Shown: piece by piece, positions 9,470 through 21,176 of the stretch
Layout: each line of letters begins with the position of its first letter
How positions within the stretch are numbered: position 1 is the first letter of the stretch
IMG/VR virus record: IMGVR_UViG_3300035502_001146
DNA length: 56,565 nucleotides
Source: an uncultured virus (IMG/VR IMGVR_UViG_3300035502_001146)
Lineage: Duplodnaviria > Heunggongvirae > Uroviricota > Caudoviricetes
Strand: one strand, 5' to 3'
Notes under the pieces: generated by a model
Seen by the model: only the letters and a program-made list of their open reading frames with translations
What the model was told of the DNA's origin: nothing
Databases searched by the model: none
Translations under genes and position numbers: made by a program

Positions 9470-12400
9470 GAAGTATAAGGGGAGAAGAAATTCTCCCTTT
9501 TTTATTCATTTATTTTTGATTATACAAGGTTTTTATATTTCAATGGATAAATAATTAAGTAAAAATAAAGCAGCTCCTAAAATTGATTGTAGAGCCTTTT
9601 AACAGGTGTTATTTAATGTTTAGATTATTACTTAGAATAATATTTAAAAATACTACTTAAATAAAAATATTTATTTAAAATCGCTATTTCATGAAATTAC
9701 TATTAAATGATTTATTAAGAATAAATATTTAATAATTAATTTAGCGACAGTAAATTATGAATTGAAATTATAAAACCCTTTATTTATCGGTGTTTTTGTA
9801 AATACAAGGTGAATTTTCTTAGTAAGTCAGTTACTAAGTTTTTTATTGCTCAATATAGAATTTAAAATATTCACATTTATACATTAGAATGTTTTTTCTT
9901 ATTATTTAATGTTTAATTATGAATTAAATTTTACGCAGTTCAAAACTTAAATCACAATTTATCTATTAAATAATTTATTTTTTATTACACCTTGTTTGTA
10001 GGTATATATCGAATAATTGCATTTTGTAAATTGTGAACAATTTGTAAATTTTTATTTTTTTTTGAAAAAATGCAAATAATATGGTTTATGAAAACTATTT
10101 TGATAAAAAAAACCTTCTTTAGGTTAGACATAAAAAATAAGTAAGTTTTTTTATTCAATTTTGAGCAAAAAAAGTATTCATATTTAGACAATAGAAAAAT
10201 AAAAAATAAATCCTCAAAGCCCTTTATTTAAAGGGTTTTGGGGATTTTTCTATTGTTAAAAAAGTAAAATAAATGTACAAATAAGAATAGAATGTAATTT
10301 GCGAATTCTCCATACCAGGTACTGTTTTCAGTTTTCAAAATTGGCGTTTTTTATTCTTTTTTGTACAAAAATGTACATTCAAAATTGCATTTTTTGCAAA
10401 ATTTAACTTGCTGAAATATTATAAAAATATGATGTTTTAGAAAAAATAGTTTGATTAATTAAAGTAAAAAAATTATTCAATATTGGACATAGTTTATTCC
10501 AGAATGGACACTAAATAGATAAGTAATAAATTACTTATCAAAAAATAACTAAAAGTAATATTAATAATTAATTTATTAAAAGTATTATTAATTAAATTAA
10601 TAATTAATTATTTTATAAGATACAGTAAATAATTTTCTTTTAAATTAATTACAAAAAAGAATAATAAATAATTTTGTTGAATAAGAAATTTGAATTAATT
10701 ATTTTTTGGAATAATAAGTAAATTAAATTTTTGTCTAATTAAGAATTTTTCTAATAAATGTTTTAATAATTATTTTTTTGGAATAATGAAAATTAGAATA
10801 ATTGTTTTTAATAATAAAGAATTTTAAATAATAAGAAATAAGAAAAAGATTGAGAGAGGGTTGTGGGAGTGCTTCGCACATCCCACAGAGTGCTTTCGCA
10901 CTCGAAATAACTATGAGAAGGGTTTTTATTTTCTCTTTTTCTTTTAAGAACAAGATTATTATTTGTTTTAATTGTAGGACTTGTAAAATTATAAGTTTTG
11001 CAAATAATAAAATATTTAATAATTAGAAAAAAGAATTAAATAATTTTCTTATTAGAAAAAACCTTATTAAGAAAAAAGATTTAATAATTAAAAGCTGTTT
11101 TATTAAATTTCTTATTATTAAAAGATATTATTAGAAAATATTAATTCAGAGCTTATTATTTGTTTAATTTTTTTAATTGGGATTTATTTTAAATATTTAA
11201 GAATAAAAAATCTTGTAGTATTAAATTCTTTATTATTAAAAGTTTTCTTATTAAGGAAATTTATTTCTTATTTTGGAAAATAATTAAATTACTTATTAAG
11301 TAAAAAGTCTTATTAGAAAAAATCTATATTTAAAACTTATTATTCAGAGAAATATTATTTTGCTTTATTATTTTAATTTATTTATTCAAGGGTTTATTAT
11401 TTAAAATCTTATTATTAGAAAAGTTATTATTTAAAATTTTTATTTAAAGATAATTATTCAGAGCTGAAATTTATAAATTAAATATTTTATTATTTACTTT
11501 ATTTCAAAAACCAATTTATTGAAACTTATTATTAAGAAAAAAATTAAATAAGAAAAATTTACTGTATAAGAAATTATTAAATTATTTATTTGGTAATTTC
11601 CTTTTTTTATTTTTCAGATAATAAGAAAAGTTATTATTAGAAAAATCCTTATTAGAAATTTTTTATTTTAAATCCTCTTCTTTAAGAAAAAAGAATATTC
11701 ATCAAATTTCTTATCTAATTATTTATTATTAAAAATTTTATTATTTAAAAATTGCCTTTATTAAATTTCTTATTATTTAAACTTCTTATTATTATTCAAA
11801 ATATCATTTAAAATATTTCTTTGCTTTAGGAAAAGACTTTTTCCTTTTTAGCAAAATTTCCCTTTGTAATATAACCGCAACGATTTTTTGTTGTAAAGTT
11901 ATATATAAAAACTTATAATTAAGAATTTTTTATTATTCAGTAAGTTTTGTTAAATAGAAAAACATTAGTTAGACTTTTGATTTAGAATAGCGTTAAAAAC
12001 GCTCACAATCAATTTTGAGAGCTTTTAACAAATAAGTGGATAAATTATACCTTAAAAAAATAAAACCTCTTAAAATTGAAAATAGAGCCGTTTAACGGCA
12101 TATTGAAAAATTTCACCTTGTTTATATTACAGCCACGATTTTTTAAATTTATAAAGATAATATTTATTTTTGAAAAATAACTCTTTAATAAAAGAGCTTT
12201 TTAAGAAAAGAGTTTTTTTAATAAATGAACTTTTAATAAATTGTTTAATAAGAAAACTTAGAAATAATTTTAGGAATAATTAGAAAAAATAATTAGTTAG
12301 AAGAAATTAAGAGATTTTTTATATAAAAACATTTTTATAGATAACAAGTTGAGAACCAACACAAAACCTATCTTAAAATCAACGAGAATGGCTCTAAAAT

Positions 12401-12568
12401 CAATTTTAACAAATAAGTGGATAAATTATACACTAAAATCAAAACACCTCTTAAAATCAATTCTGAGAGCTTTTAGAGGTATATTTATTTTTTAGAGTTA
12501 TTCACTAATTTTTTGTAATATTTTTTTACAATAAAAAGGTGGTATTTTTCAACCACCTTTTAATTTTC

Positions 12569-12913
12569 TTATTTATCTTTTGAAAAGAACTTTACTATAA
12601 AGGGAGTAATTCCAAAAACAGCTAAAGCAATATAAATGATTGCTAAGTGATTAAAGAACCAACCGTTATAATTGTATGCCCAACCCTCGGCAATAGCTAT
12701 ATTGAAAATTACTATCGCCCCAACAAAAGCAAGTACGATAAATATATTACAGAATGTAATGTTTTCTTTTCTCGCTGCCTTTGTTGTTTTTCTGCTCTTG
12801 CTTAATTCTCTTTTAAGAGATTTATTTTCAGCTCTTAAATGTTCAAGCTCTTTTTTTAATTCTGAACGGCTCATTGTATCAATATTTTTTTCTATTCTCT
12901 TAGTAGTAATCAT
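12569..12913 (-). CDS. coiled-coil plus two-TM membrane protein
   Basis: start moved to ATG 12913 (AAGAGG RBS, promoter at ~12965-12993); heptad region then two hydrophobic segments. Confidence 0.75.
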   Translation of the reverse strand: MITTKRIEKNIDTMSRSELKKELEHLRAENKSLKRELSKSRKTTKAARKENITFCNIFIVLAFVGAIVIFNIAIAEGWAYNYNGWFFNHLAIIYIALAVFGITPFIVKFFSKDK

Positions 12914-13154
12914 AGTCAATTCCTCTTTTCCTTGTAATATTGTGTTTTGTTGTTTACATATATTATAATAGCACACTTTTTATTATTTGTCAATAGTTTT
13001 TTAAAAAGAAATTTATTTGTAATATTGTTGAAATATAAAAACGCTTAATTTTAATAAATAATTTATTAAACAAATTTAAAAAATAAAGGGAGAAATTTAA
13101 TTCTCCCTGTTATCTATCACGTTCCTTTTTTATTTTTCAAAATTAAATTTTCAA

Positions 13155-13559
13155 TTACATTTCAATGTTTTCTACATTTTCCTGTGGTTCTGTAAATTGT
13201 ATCGTAAGGTGATATTTTTCAAAAACCTTAAAACCTCTTTCATTATAATTGCTCCAATTATCAAGGTGGTCTGAAATGTTATCTAAGTTTATATATAATA
13301 ACTTATATCCATTCCCTTTACCGTTGCCACAATTCTGCATAGCTCTTTGTATATCTTTACTCCAATTATCTGAATAAAAAGGATAGCTACACTCTACATT
13401 ATTCCAAGTAATAATATAATGTGGATTATTACCATTCACAAACTGAACCCTATTAGGCTTTTTATCCTTATATTTATTTATAACTTCTTTAAAATTTTTA
13501 TAGTTCTTTTCTTCACAATAAAGCTTTACAATATATTTAGCGTTTAACATATTTCTCAC
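13155..13559 (-). CDS. hypothetical protein (paralog family with 1685, 13807)
   Basis: RBS, promoter, terminator; shared motif. Confidence 0.75.
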   Translation of the reverse strand: MRNMLNAKYIVKLYCEEKNYKNFKEVINKYKDKKPNRVQFVNGNNPHYIITWNNVECSYPFYSDNWSKDIQRAMQNCGNGKGNGYKLLYINLDNISDHLDNWSNYNERGFKVFEKYHLTIQFTEPQENVENIEM

Positions 13560-13806
13560 CCGTTTATATCCTTTCCGTCTTAATTAAGACTTATATATTT
13601 TTATTAACTTTTTAAGGTAATTATATTGTATCACAAATTTTATTATTTGTCAATAGTTTTTTAATTTTCAGAGCTTTTAATTTTTTCTTATTCCTTTGCA
13701 TTATTAAATCATTTATTTAGTCTTTGTAAAAATTAAATTCTAAAAAATAAAGGGAGAATTTAATTCTCCCTTAAGCAATCACCCTTTCATTTATATTTTA
13801 TTTATT

Positions 13807-14169
13807 TCACTCTACATTAAAATTTCTAACAATATAGAAATCTTCAAATGCTATACAACCTGTATCGTTGTAAATTTCAACAGTATCGTCAAGTCTTTCG
13901 CCGATAATCAGCTGCTTGAACCCATAGCCTTCTTCATTGTTATGCAACAATTCAGAAATCTTTTCGTCCATTGCTATTCCCCATTCTGAAAAGTCATTCC
14001 AAGTGATATCTTCCCAGGTGAGAACACAATAGCTCACTGAAATATCGTTTATTATCCTTTCAACCTTTTTAATTCTGTCAGGTCTGTTATAATCAAATTG
14101 ATTTAAAATATCTGCAATTTCCTCAAATGCTTTCCACTGTACATAAATTCTTGTTTTCATACTATCCAT
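13807..14169 (-). CDS. hypothetical protein (paralog family with 1685, 13155)
   Basis: GAGG RBS, TTGACA promoter ~14254-14282. Confidence 0.8.
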   Translation of the reverse strand: MDSMKTRIYVQWKAFEEIADILNQFDYNRPDRIKKVERIINDISVSYCVLTWEDITWNDFSEWGIAMDEKISELLHNNEEGYGFKQLIIGERLDDTVEIYNDTGCIAFEDFYIVRNFNVE

Positions 14170-14850
14170 AATTTTTACCTCTTTTCCTTTCTGCCGTTGA
14201 TATAGGCTATATAAATATTGGTGTGTTGTTATCCTACCTCTTAGGATAATTCTATTATACTACAAATTTTGTTAATTGTCAATACTTTTTTAAATTTTAT
14301 TTATTATATTTTTTGTACACATTATAGTTTATGATTATTAGATATGTAAAACCCTGTCTTATGTAAACTTAAATAATAAATGAACTTAGAATGGCTCTTA
14401 TTTTGTTTTCAGTAGCGTTATACTTAATCGATAGATAAATTGTTTAGCTAAATAAAAAACCACCTTAAAATCGATTTTAAAGCGTTTTAAGCGGTGTTAA
14501 GGAATATTGAATACTTAGAATTTATTTAGAAAATACTTAGAAAATATTTGAGCTGATTATTAAATGAATTGATTATTAAATTGTTTATTAAATAAATTAC
14601 TAATTAAATAAATTCCGCTGCGTAATAGCTCATATTCGCTCTGTAATGCGTTGTTTCGATTTACTTGAATAATTCTGTATTAAACAAATACACCCTCTTA
14701 AAATCGATTGTGGAGTTTTCTAAACGGTATATTAAATATTTAAAAATTATACAGAATAAATATTTGTTTTTTTCTAAGTATTAAATTGTTTATTAAATAT
14801 TTAAAAGTTTTCTATAAATAAAAAAGGTAGGTTATTCACCTACCCTTTTA

Positions 14851-15360
14851 TTAAATCTTCATAACAATCTCAAATAATCTCTCTCTTGTATTATAACTAT
14901 CGTAGCTCTTAAAGTTGATTGCATCAATCAGTAAATTTTTCTTAGGAAAATCATTCGGGAGTATATTAACAGATAACTTAATGAGTTTATCTTTAAGCTG
15001 TGTGAGCTGTCTTTCAGTGTTGGTTTCCTCTGTGTAATATCCCTTTTCATCTGTTAAGTTTTCCTCAACAAATATTGGTGTGCATAATGCTTGATACCTG
15101 TCAAAATCTTCTTTACCAAGTAACCAATCATACTTGCTATCTGTTATCCTATCGCCTTTTTTAATTCCCCATCTGTTCATTTCAGTGGTTGCATAAAATT
15201 CATTATTGTTTAACACCTTATCTCTTGCATCCTTGAATTTCGCTTGTACGATTTTATTCTGAATTTCTTTCAGCTTATATTCTATCTGCAAGTTAATAAT
15301 TTCAGTCTTGTTGTCCTCGATTGCCTGTATAAAATCAGCGAGTAATTTGTTGTTTTTCAT
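14851..15360 (-). CDS. hypothetical protein
   Basis: start moved to ATG 15360 after GAAAGGATGG RBS. Confidence 0.8.
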   Translation of the reverse strand: MKNNKLLADFIQAIEDNKTEIINLQIEYKLKEIQNKIVQAKFKDARDKVLNNNEFYATTEMNRWGIKKGDRITDSKYDWLLGKEDFDRYQALCTPIFVEENLTDEKGYYTEETNTERQLTQLKDKLIKLSVNILPNDFPKKNLLIDAINFKSYDSYNTRERLFEIVMKI

Positions 15361-15813
15361 ATTAAACCATCCTTTCAAAATGTAATAGATTAAGTGTTTG
15401 TTTCCTTTACTGTCTTTATTATAGCACATTACAGAATGAATTTCAAATACTTAAATCCTATATTTATTATAACATTATAATTATACGGGGGTTGAGCTGT
15501 TCTAAAATGTATTATTAAATAATTTATTATTAAAGAGGTTTGTTAAAAAAAGATTTTTTAAATAAATTTCTGTAAATAAAAAAGGGAGATTAAATCTCCC
15601 TCTGTATCATTCTCCTTTTTTATTTATCAACTATACTGTACCAATCATATCCGTAACATTTAAGTTCAGCGGCAGTAATAGAATTTATAAAATCGTGACT
15701 ATTCACATATTCATTTCTTGCTTTCATACTTTTAAATCTTAATAACACTTTCCTATTAGTTCCCCATACACCTTGCACTGCATAATAAGTTCTTTTCATA
15801 GTTCATTCTCCTT

Positions 15814-16002
15814 TCAGTGTGTTGCATTAAAGTTTTCGATTGCCCACTTGTTACCTGTTGCGTATACTGTATCTCTCGTTCTTTCGTATGGTGTAGGTTT
15901 TCTTTTAGAGGTCTTTTCCTTTTTAACCTCTTTTTCTTCTTTCCTCTGATACTCATCATCGCTGCTGATGTAAATCCCGAATAAGCTGTTGTAATATCCC
16001 AT
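15814..16002 (-). CDS. small phage protein (TPYER...VYATGNKWAIENFNATH)
   Basis: GAAAGGAG RBS before ATG 16002. Confidence 0.75.
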   Translation of the reverse strand: MGYYNSLFGIYISSDDEYQRKEEKEVKKEKTSKRKPTPYERTRDTVYATGNKWAIENFNATH

Positions 16003-16310
16003 ATTGATTACTCCTTTCATAACCATTCAGTAGTGTCTTGTTGTATTATTATAATATCACATTTTCTGTTATTTGTCAATAATAAATTCTTCATTATAGT
16101 AAAAAACAATTATTTATAATTTTTCTATAGGAAAAGTTTATACTGAAAAATCCCTATAAGTTTATTAAATGATTTATTAAGAAAAAAATTAAGAAGAAAA
16201 CTATTAAGAAAAAATCCATAAGATTTCAGTAAAAAAATAAAGGGTGAATGTTTACACCCTTTATAATAAATCTTTTCTATTTATCACCTACCTTTTATTT
16301 TGTCTGCTGA

Positions 16311-16723
16311 TTACAAGCCGTAATCGATATCATAGCATTGACTATAATATTCGTAACTATACCAAGAACTTTCAAGTTCATACTCATAGTCAACTTTTGA
16401 CATTGTAAGACAATCAAGATTTTCAAGAATTTCTTCACGTCTTGCAATTTCCTTTTTTAACGCTGCTATCTCGTCTTGTATCTGATTAGCAATCGTATGA
16501 TTACCAAACCTTGCAAGAGCTGTACTGAAAATCTCATTTTCAGCTATATCATTTCTGATACTTGCGATTTCTCTTGCTCTCTATTGATAGCTGCAATCTG
16601 TGGAGAAGGAACTATGATTGCATATTCTTTATTCTCCTTGATTGCCTTTTCAATAGCGTGAATTCTGTATGATATTCTGTCAAGTCTTTCTCTGTCCTGT
16701 GCTTTCTTTTCTGTGATTGTCAT
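16311..16723 (-). pseudogene. frameshifted hypothetical gene (~136 aa if repaired)
   Basis: promoter, GAAAGGGG RBS, ATG 16723; frame stops at ~16544 but a second frame stays open to TAA 16311; 413-nt span; AG repeat at ~16577-16583. Confidence 0.7.
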
Positions 16724-16889
16724 AATAAAAATCCCCTTTCAATGCTGTGTAGTGTTTGTGTTGCTTTCTTAACTATCTTTATTATATCACATTATCTGTT
16801 AATTGTCAAGAACTTTTTTAAGCTTGTGAAAAATAATTTATTTAATAAGAAAATATAAAGGGTAGATTAACTACCCCTTTATATAATTT

Positions 16890-17360
16890 TCAATCTAACT
16901 TAGCACTTATCTTCATATACGGTATACCTACTTTGCTTGCACATAACTCTCCCAACCCTGTCAAGATAGAAGATGTGGTTGTTAATGCCCTACCGCATCT
17001 ACCGCAACGGCAATGGTGATAGATTTCAACGGGAATATTATATCTACCGTTGTTTAATTTGTTAAGTACAAACATAATAGATTTTACAACCGTTGATTCA
17101 GCACTTGCATTACCTTTTTTACCCTGTCTATACTCAAACAGATTTTTATATTCGTTATAGTAAATAACACCACCGTATATATATTTTTCATAGCCGATTG
17201 AGTATCTCATAAAATAGATAAATCTGTTATCGTCTGTTTCTTGCTTAACAATTTTATATGTTAAATCGTTACCTGTTTTCAAAGAGTGCATCGTGAATTC
17301 TGATTTACCGCCTAACATAAACATTAAAGCGTTTTCATTCTTAACTAAATTCTTTTCCAT
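16890..17360 (-). CDS. DUF6011-like zinc-ribbon protein
   Basis: CGRCGRALT..SI..GLG..C; paralog of 17608. Confidence 0.75.
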   Translation of the reverse strand: MEKNLVKNENALMFMLGGKSEFTMHSLKTGNDLTYKIVKQETDDNRFIYFMRYSIGYEKYIYGGVIYYNEYKNLFEYRQGKKGNASAESTVVKSIMFVLNKLNNGRYNIPVEIYHHCRCGRCGRALTTTSSILTGLGELCASKVGIPYMKISAKLD

Positions 17361-17607
17361 AAAAGCAGTTCTCCCTTCGTCTATCAAAACATTTATTTAA
17401 GTATCATTGATTATGCTATTATAATACCATACTTTTTACTAATTGTCAATAGTTTTTTAAGATTATAATAAAAAACAATTATTTGTAATTTTTCTATAGG
17501 AAAAAATTATAGTGAGCTGTCTTAATAAATAATTTAATAAAGAAGCTTTTAATAAAAGAATTTTCTATAAATAAAAAAGGTAGATAAAAAATCTACCTTT
17601 TAAATAA

Positions 17608-18108
17608 TTAACTTATTTTAGTATTTATTCTTGCATAAGGTATCTGTACTTTTCTTGCACACTTTTCGCCTAACCCTGTTATGATTGAACCTGTTTTAGT
17701 TAATCTTCTACCACACCTACCACACTTGCAATGATGGTAAATCTCAATGGGTATGTTAAATCTGTTTTTATGAAATTTATTAAGTACAAATATAATTGAT
17801 TTTGCAACCTGTGATTCTTCTTTTGCAAAACCCTTGTAGCCTTTTTTAAAATAAAATTGGTTGGTTTTATCGTTATAGTAAATAACACCACCATATTCAT
17901 ATTTGCCATAACCGATTGAATAACTCATAAAATATATAAATACATTGTTATCCATTCTCTTGTGAAAAACTCTATTTGTTTCAAGTCGGATAAGCTTATA
18001 TGTTAAATCATTACCTGTTTTAAGTGAGTGCATTGTAAACTCACTATTACCGCCTAACATAAATTTTAATGCGTTTGCGTTGCTGATTATGTATTTTGAA
18101 TTTTCCAT
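17608..18108 (-). CDS. DUF6011-like zinc-ribbon protein (tandem paralog)
   Basis: CGRCGRRLT..SI..GLG..C; shares SEFTMHSLKTGNDLTYK with 16890 gene. Confidence 0.75.
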   Translation of the reverse strand: MENSKYIISNANALKFMLGGNSEFTMHSLKTGNDLTYKLIRLETNRVFHKRMDNNVFIYFMSYSIGYGKYEYGGVIYYNDKTNQFYFKKGYKGFAKEESQVAKSIIFVLNKFHKNRFNIPIEIYHHCKCGRCGRRLTKTGSIITGLGEKCARKVQIPYARINTKIS

Positions 18109-18226
18109 AAAAAATATCTCCTTCCTCGTCTATAAGACGGTTTATTTAAAAGTTATTGATTGTTAGAAATTATTGATTTTTTAAATAATTGATTATATGA
18201 GGGGAAATATATTCCCCTCTTTTTAC

Positions 18227-18511
18227 TTATATAAGCTCAAAATGTTTCAAAGTGTATGCTAATGCGGCAACTTCTCTATCGCTTGCAAATAAATCACCTC
18301 TTAAATTGACTACCGCTGTTATAAACTCCTTGTTGTTTTCATTTTCAAGGAATGTATCTCCAACGGCTACCATCTCCCTCACATTACTTATACTTTCCTC
18401 ATTCTCATAAAGAAAACTATAAGTAAATTTTATGTAATTTAAAACATCTGAATACTTAATCTTTTTGTATTCCTTGCCGTTCACGATTATCTTATCACTC
18501 TTTTTTAACAT
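18227..18511 (-). CDS. hypothetical protein
   Basis: GAAAGGTGG RBS before ATG 18511. Confidence 0.7.
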   Translation of the reverse strand: MLKKSDKIIVNGKEYKKIKYSDVLNYIKFTYSFLYENEESISNVREMVAVGDTFLENENNKEFITAVVNLRGDLFASDREVAALAYTLKHFELI

Positions 18512-18979
18512 ATAAAAAACCACCTTTCAGCTTACAACTGTTTTGTTTTTGTTTACAATATTATATTAACACAAAACAGTGGAAATTTCAAATACTTTAT
18601 ACCTATATTTATTATAAGTTATATGTTATATGATTTAATATTTAACGCTGCACATTACCGTAAATCATTTTGCAAATCGTACTGAATATTATTCTGAACA
18701 TTATTTTGAACGATTAGTTTTCTTTATCGCTTATAAGCTCTCATATTGCCCTGTATTGAATTTTAAATCGTTTACTTAACAATTTATCTATTAAAAATAA
18801 ATAGCTCATATAAAGCCGTTTAAACGATTATACAAAGATTTATTTGGAGCTGAATTATTAAAAAGATTTTAATTATTTAAAAGTTAATTATTTAAAAAAT
18901 TAAATATTTATTTTTTCACTATTAAATAATTTAAAAAGTTATTTGATGAAAATAAAAAAGGTGAGTTTTTAGCTCACCT

Positions 18980-19903
18980 TTAATAAAAGAATACATATTC
19001 TTGTTTAGTATTTAAATCACCATTATATTTAGCTGTTACCTCTGTGAAAAAGTTCTTTGCACAAAAAATTCTTTTGTTGGTTACAATATAATATTTATTG
19101 TTATTCTTTTCTTTTTTTAATAAATCAATCGCAACCTCTTTTAGCTGCTCAATGCTACCACCTTGAATATATTTGATAATCTTTTTAGATATAGTACACA
19201 ATATAGCTTGCTGTTGCTTTTCTCTATATTCTTTTATACTATCGTTTATTTCTTCTACATCATATTCATTAGTTATCTCTAATACCTGTTGGCTAATAAG
19301 ATAATTATGTTTTCTATATGGTAGAATAAATATATTATTAGGAAAATAAGTCTTTAACTCTTTTATCTGTTCAACAATATTCTGAACATTTTCCTGTGTT
19401 ATCTGCTCAACATTATTTTTTATTGTTACATCGTCAATCTCCCTTTCGTTTGTTTTCTTTATTATATTATTATCTAAATATATAAATGTCTTTTTCGCAA
19501 AAGCATTTTCACTGTTCTTAACCGCTGTGTTATTTATCTTTAAATTATAGAAAAAATCTTTAGTATTAGTTTCACCGATGCAAATACCAATATTTAATTT
19601 TTCTATATTATCATTTAAAATAATATTATCTTGAATAACCTTTTCTGAAAAGTCAACATCTCCAACAACATCAGTTTTACTGAATAGAAATTCGTTGTTT
19701 ATATTACGGCTAATTTTAGGCTTAGTAATTGAATTTACCTTTACAATAGTAAAGAATGGGTTTTCTCTTGCAAAATCAATCCTCGCCTGTTGCTGATTTT
19801 TTGATTTTATTATTTTACTATACAATTCTTTTGCTATAGGGGTGAACTTAGAAGTATCACTCTTTTTTCTATATGTTATTTTATATTCTTTTAAATTGCT
19901 CAT
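18980..19903 (-). CDS. hypothetical protein
   Basis: 307 aa, AGGAGG RBS, terminator. Confidence 0.8.
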   Translation of the reverse strand: MSNLKEYKITYRKKSDTSKFTPIAKELYSKIIKSKNQQQARIDFARENPFFTIVKVNSITKPKISRNINNEFLFSKTDVVGDVDFSEKVIQDNIILNDNIEKLNIGICIGETNTKDFFYNLKINNTAVKNSENAFAKKTFIYLDNNIIKKTNEREIDDVTIKNNVEQITQENVQNIVEQIKELKTYFPNNIFILPYRKHNYLISQQVLEITNEYDVEEINDSIKEYREKQQQAILCTISKKIIKYIQGGSIEQLKEVAIDLLKKEKNNNKYYIVTNKRIFCAKNFFTEVTAKYNGDLNTKQEYVFFY

Positions 19904-20012
19904 AGTTAAGACCTCCTAAATAATAATTTTTATATATTTCTCTCTAATAATTCTCCTTAATGATTAAAATCTCTCTTATCAAAAAAGGGTAGAATTATCT
20001 ACCCTTTATTCT

Positions 20013-20228
20013 TTACTCACCAAAATCATAGCATAAGACTTGACTTAATACTTTTACTATTGGCATTATCTCTTTTTCATCTCCTGTTGCAAGCACACAT
20101 TGATATGCGTGATATTCAAGCTGTGGTCTGCTTGCGAGTACTAATTTACCATTAGTATAATTCAGCAGACCTTTCAATCCCTTCTTTTCAGCCAACTTAT
20201 TATAATCGTTAATTTCGTAATCTAACAT
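20013..20228 (-). CDS. hypothetical protein
   Basis: AAGGGGAG RBS. Confidence 0.7.
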   Translation of the reverse strand: MLDYEINDYNKLAEKKGLKGLLNYTNGKLVLASRPQLEYHAYQCVLATGDEKEIMPIVKVLSQVLCYDFGE

Positions 20229-20248
20229 TTTAAATATCTCCCCTTTCC

Positions 20249-20410
20249 TTAACCGAAGAAATCATCTTCTACAAAATCGATGCCCTCATAATTGTCATAG
20301 ATAACCTCGTTTGGTACATCCAATACACAATCATAGTCATTGTCATTTGAATAGAAATAATCCCACTTTAAAAATTCTAACTGCCTTTCGTTTAATTCTT
20401 GTACTTTCAT
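20249..20410 (-). CDS. small acidic hypothetical protein
   Basis: start moved to ATG 20410 after AAAGGAG RBS. Confidence 0.7.
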   Translation of the reverse strand: MKVQELNERQLEFLKWDYFYSNDNDYDCVLDVPNEVIYDNYEGIDFVEDDFFG

Positions 20411-20726
20411 TTTACATTCTCCTTTCAAGAGTTCAAGTATTTTGTTTCCTTTACTGTAATTAGTATACCACACAATTAAATAAAATTCAAATACTTATTT
20501 CCTATAATTATTATAAGTTTTTATTTATAATGAGCTACAAAAATGTTTTTCTATAAAACTTTGAATTATATTAAATAATTCATTAAAGTATGTATATATA
20601 AAAAATGAGGGGATAACCTTCTGCAAGGAGTCCACCTCATTACTTAATTTTAGTATGTAAATATCTAAATCCTTTTTGAAGTAAAATAAGTAGCTCGGCT
20701 TTTCATTAAGCTCTGCTACTTATTTT

Positions 20727-21176
20727 TTATATAATTTCTTCTATAATATCTTTTATTATTTCTTTACTGCATAAATAATAATTATCTTCTATATATTCAT
20801 CTGAATAGTTTTCAATATTTATTATTTTACTTAATTTCTTTTGGTCTTTTACTTTTATTACTGCGACATTTTTGTTTTTTCCTTTTTGTATTCTCTTAGC
20901 AAGCTCATTCCTATCTATATTGTTTATTTTTTTATCGTAAGAATAATTTAATAAACTTATATTGTCAAACTGCAATAAATTCATCCCTATTATTTCTATT
21001 CCATATTTATTTAAAAAACTAAAATTGTTTATAAATAAATATTCGTCATTCATAGACTTGGTATATTTAATATTATTCTTAGTAAGGAAATCTAATAACT
21101 GATTACTATAACAAAAAATTATTTCCACTAAATGAAATACGACATTTATTCTGTGTATTTTAATTCTATATATCAT
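20727..21176 (-). CDS. hypothetical protein
   Basis: AAGGGGG RBS, TTGACA promoter ~21212-21239. Confidence 0.7.
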   Translation of the reverse strand: MIYRIKIHRINVVFHLVEIIFCYSNQLLDFLTKNNIKYTKSMNDEYLFINNFSFLNKYGIEIIGMNLLQFDNISLLNYSYDKKINNIDRNELAKRIQKGKNKNVAVIKVKDQKKLSKIINIENYSDEYIEDNYYLCSKEIIKDIIEEII

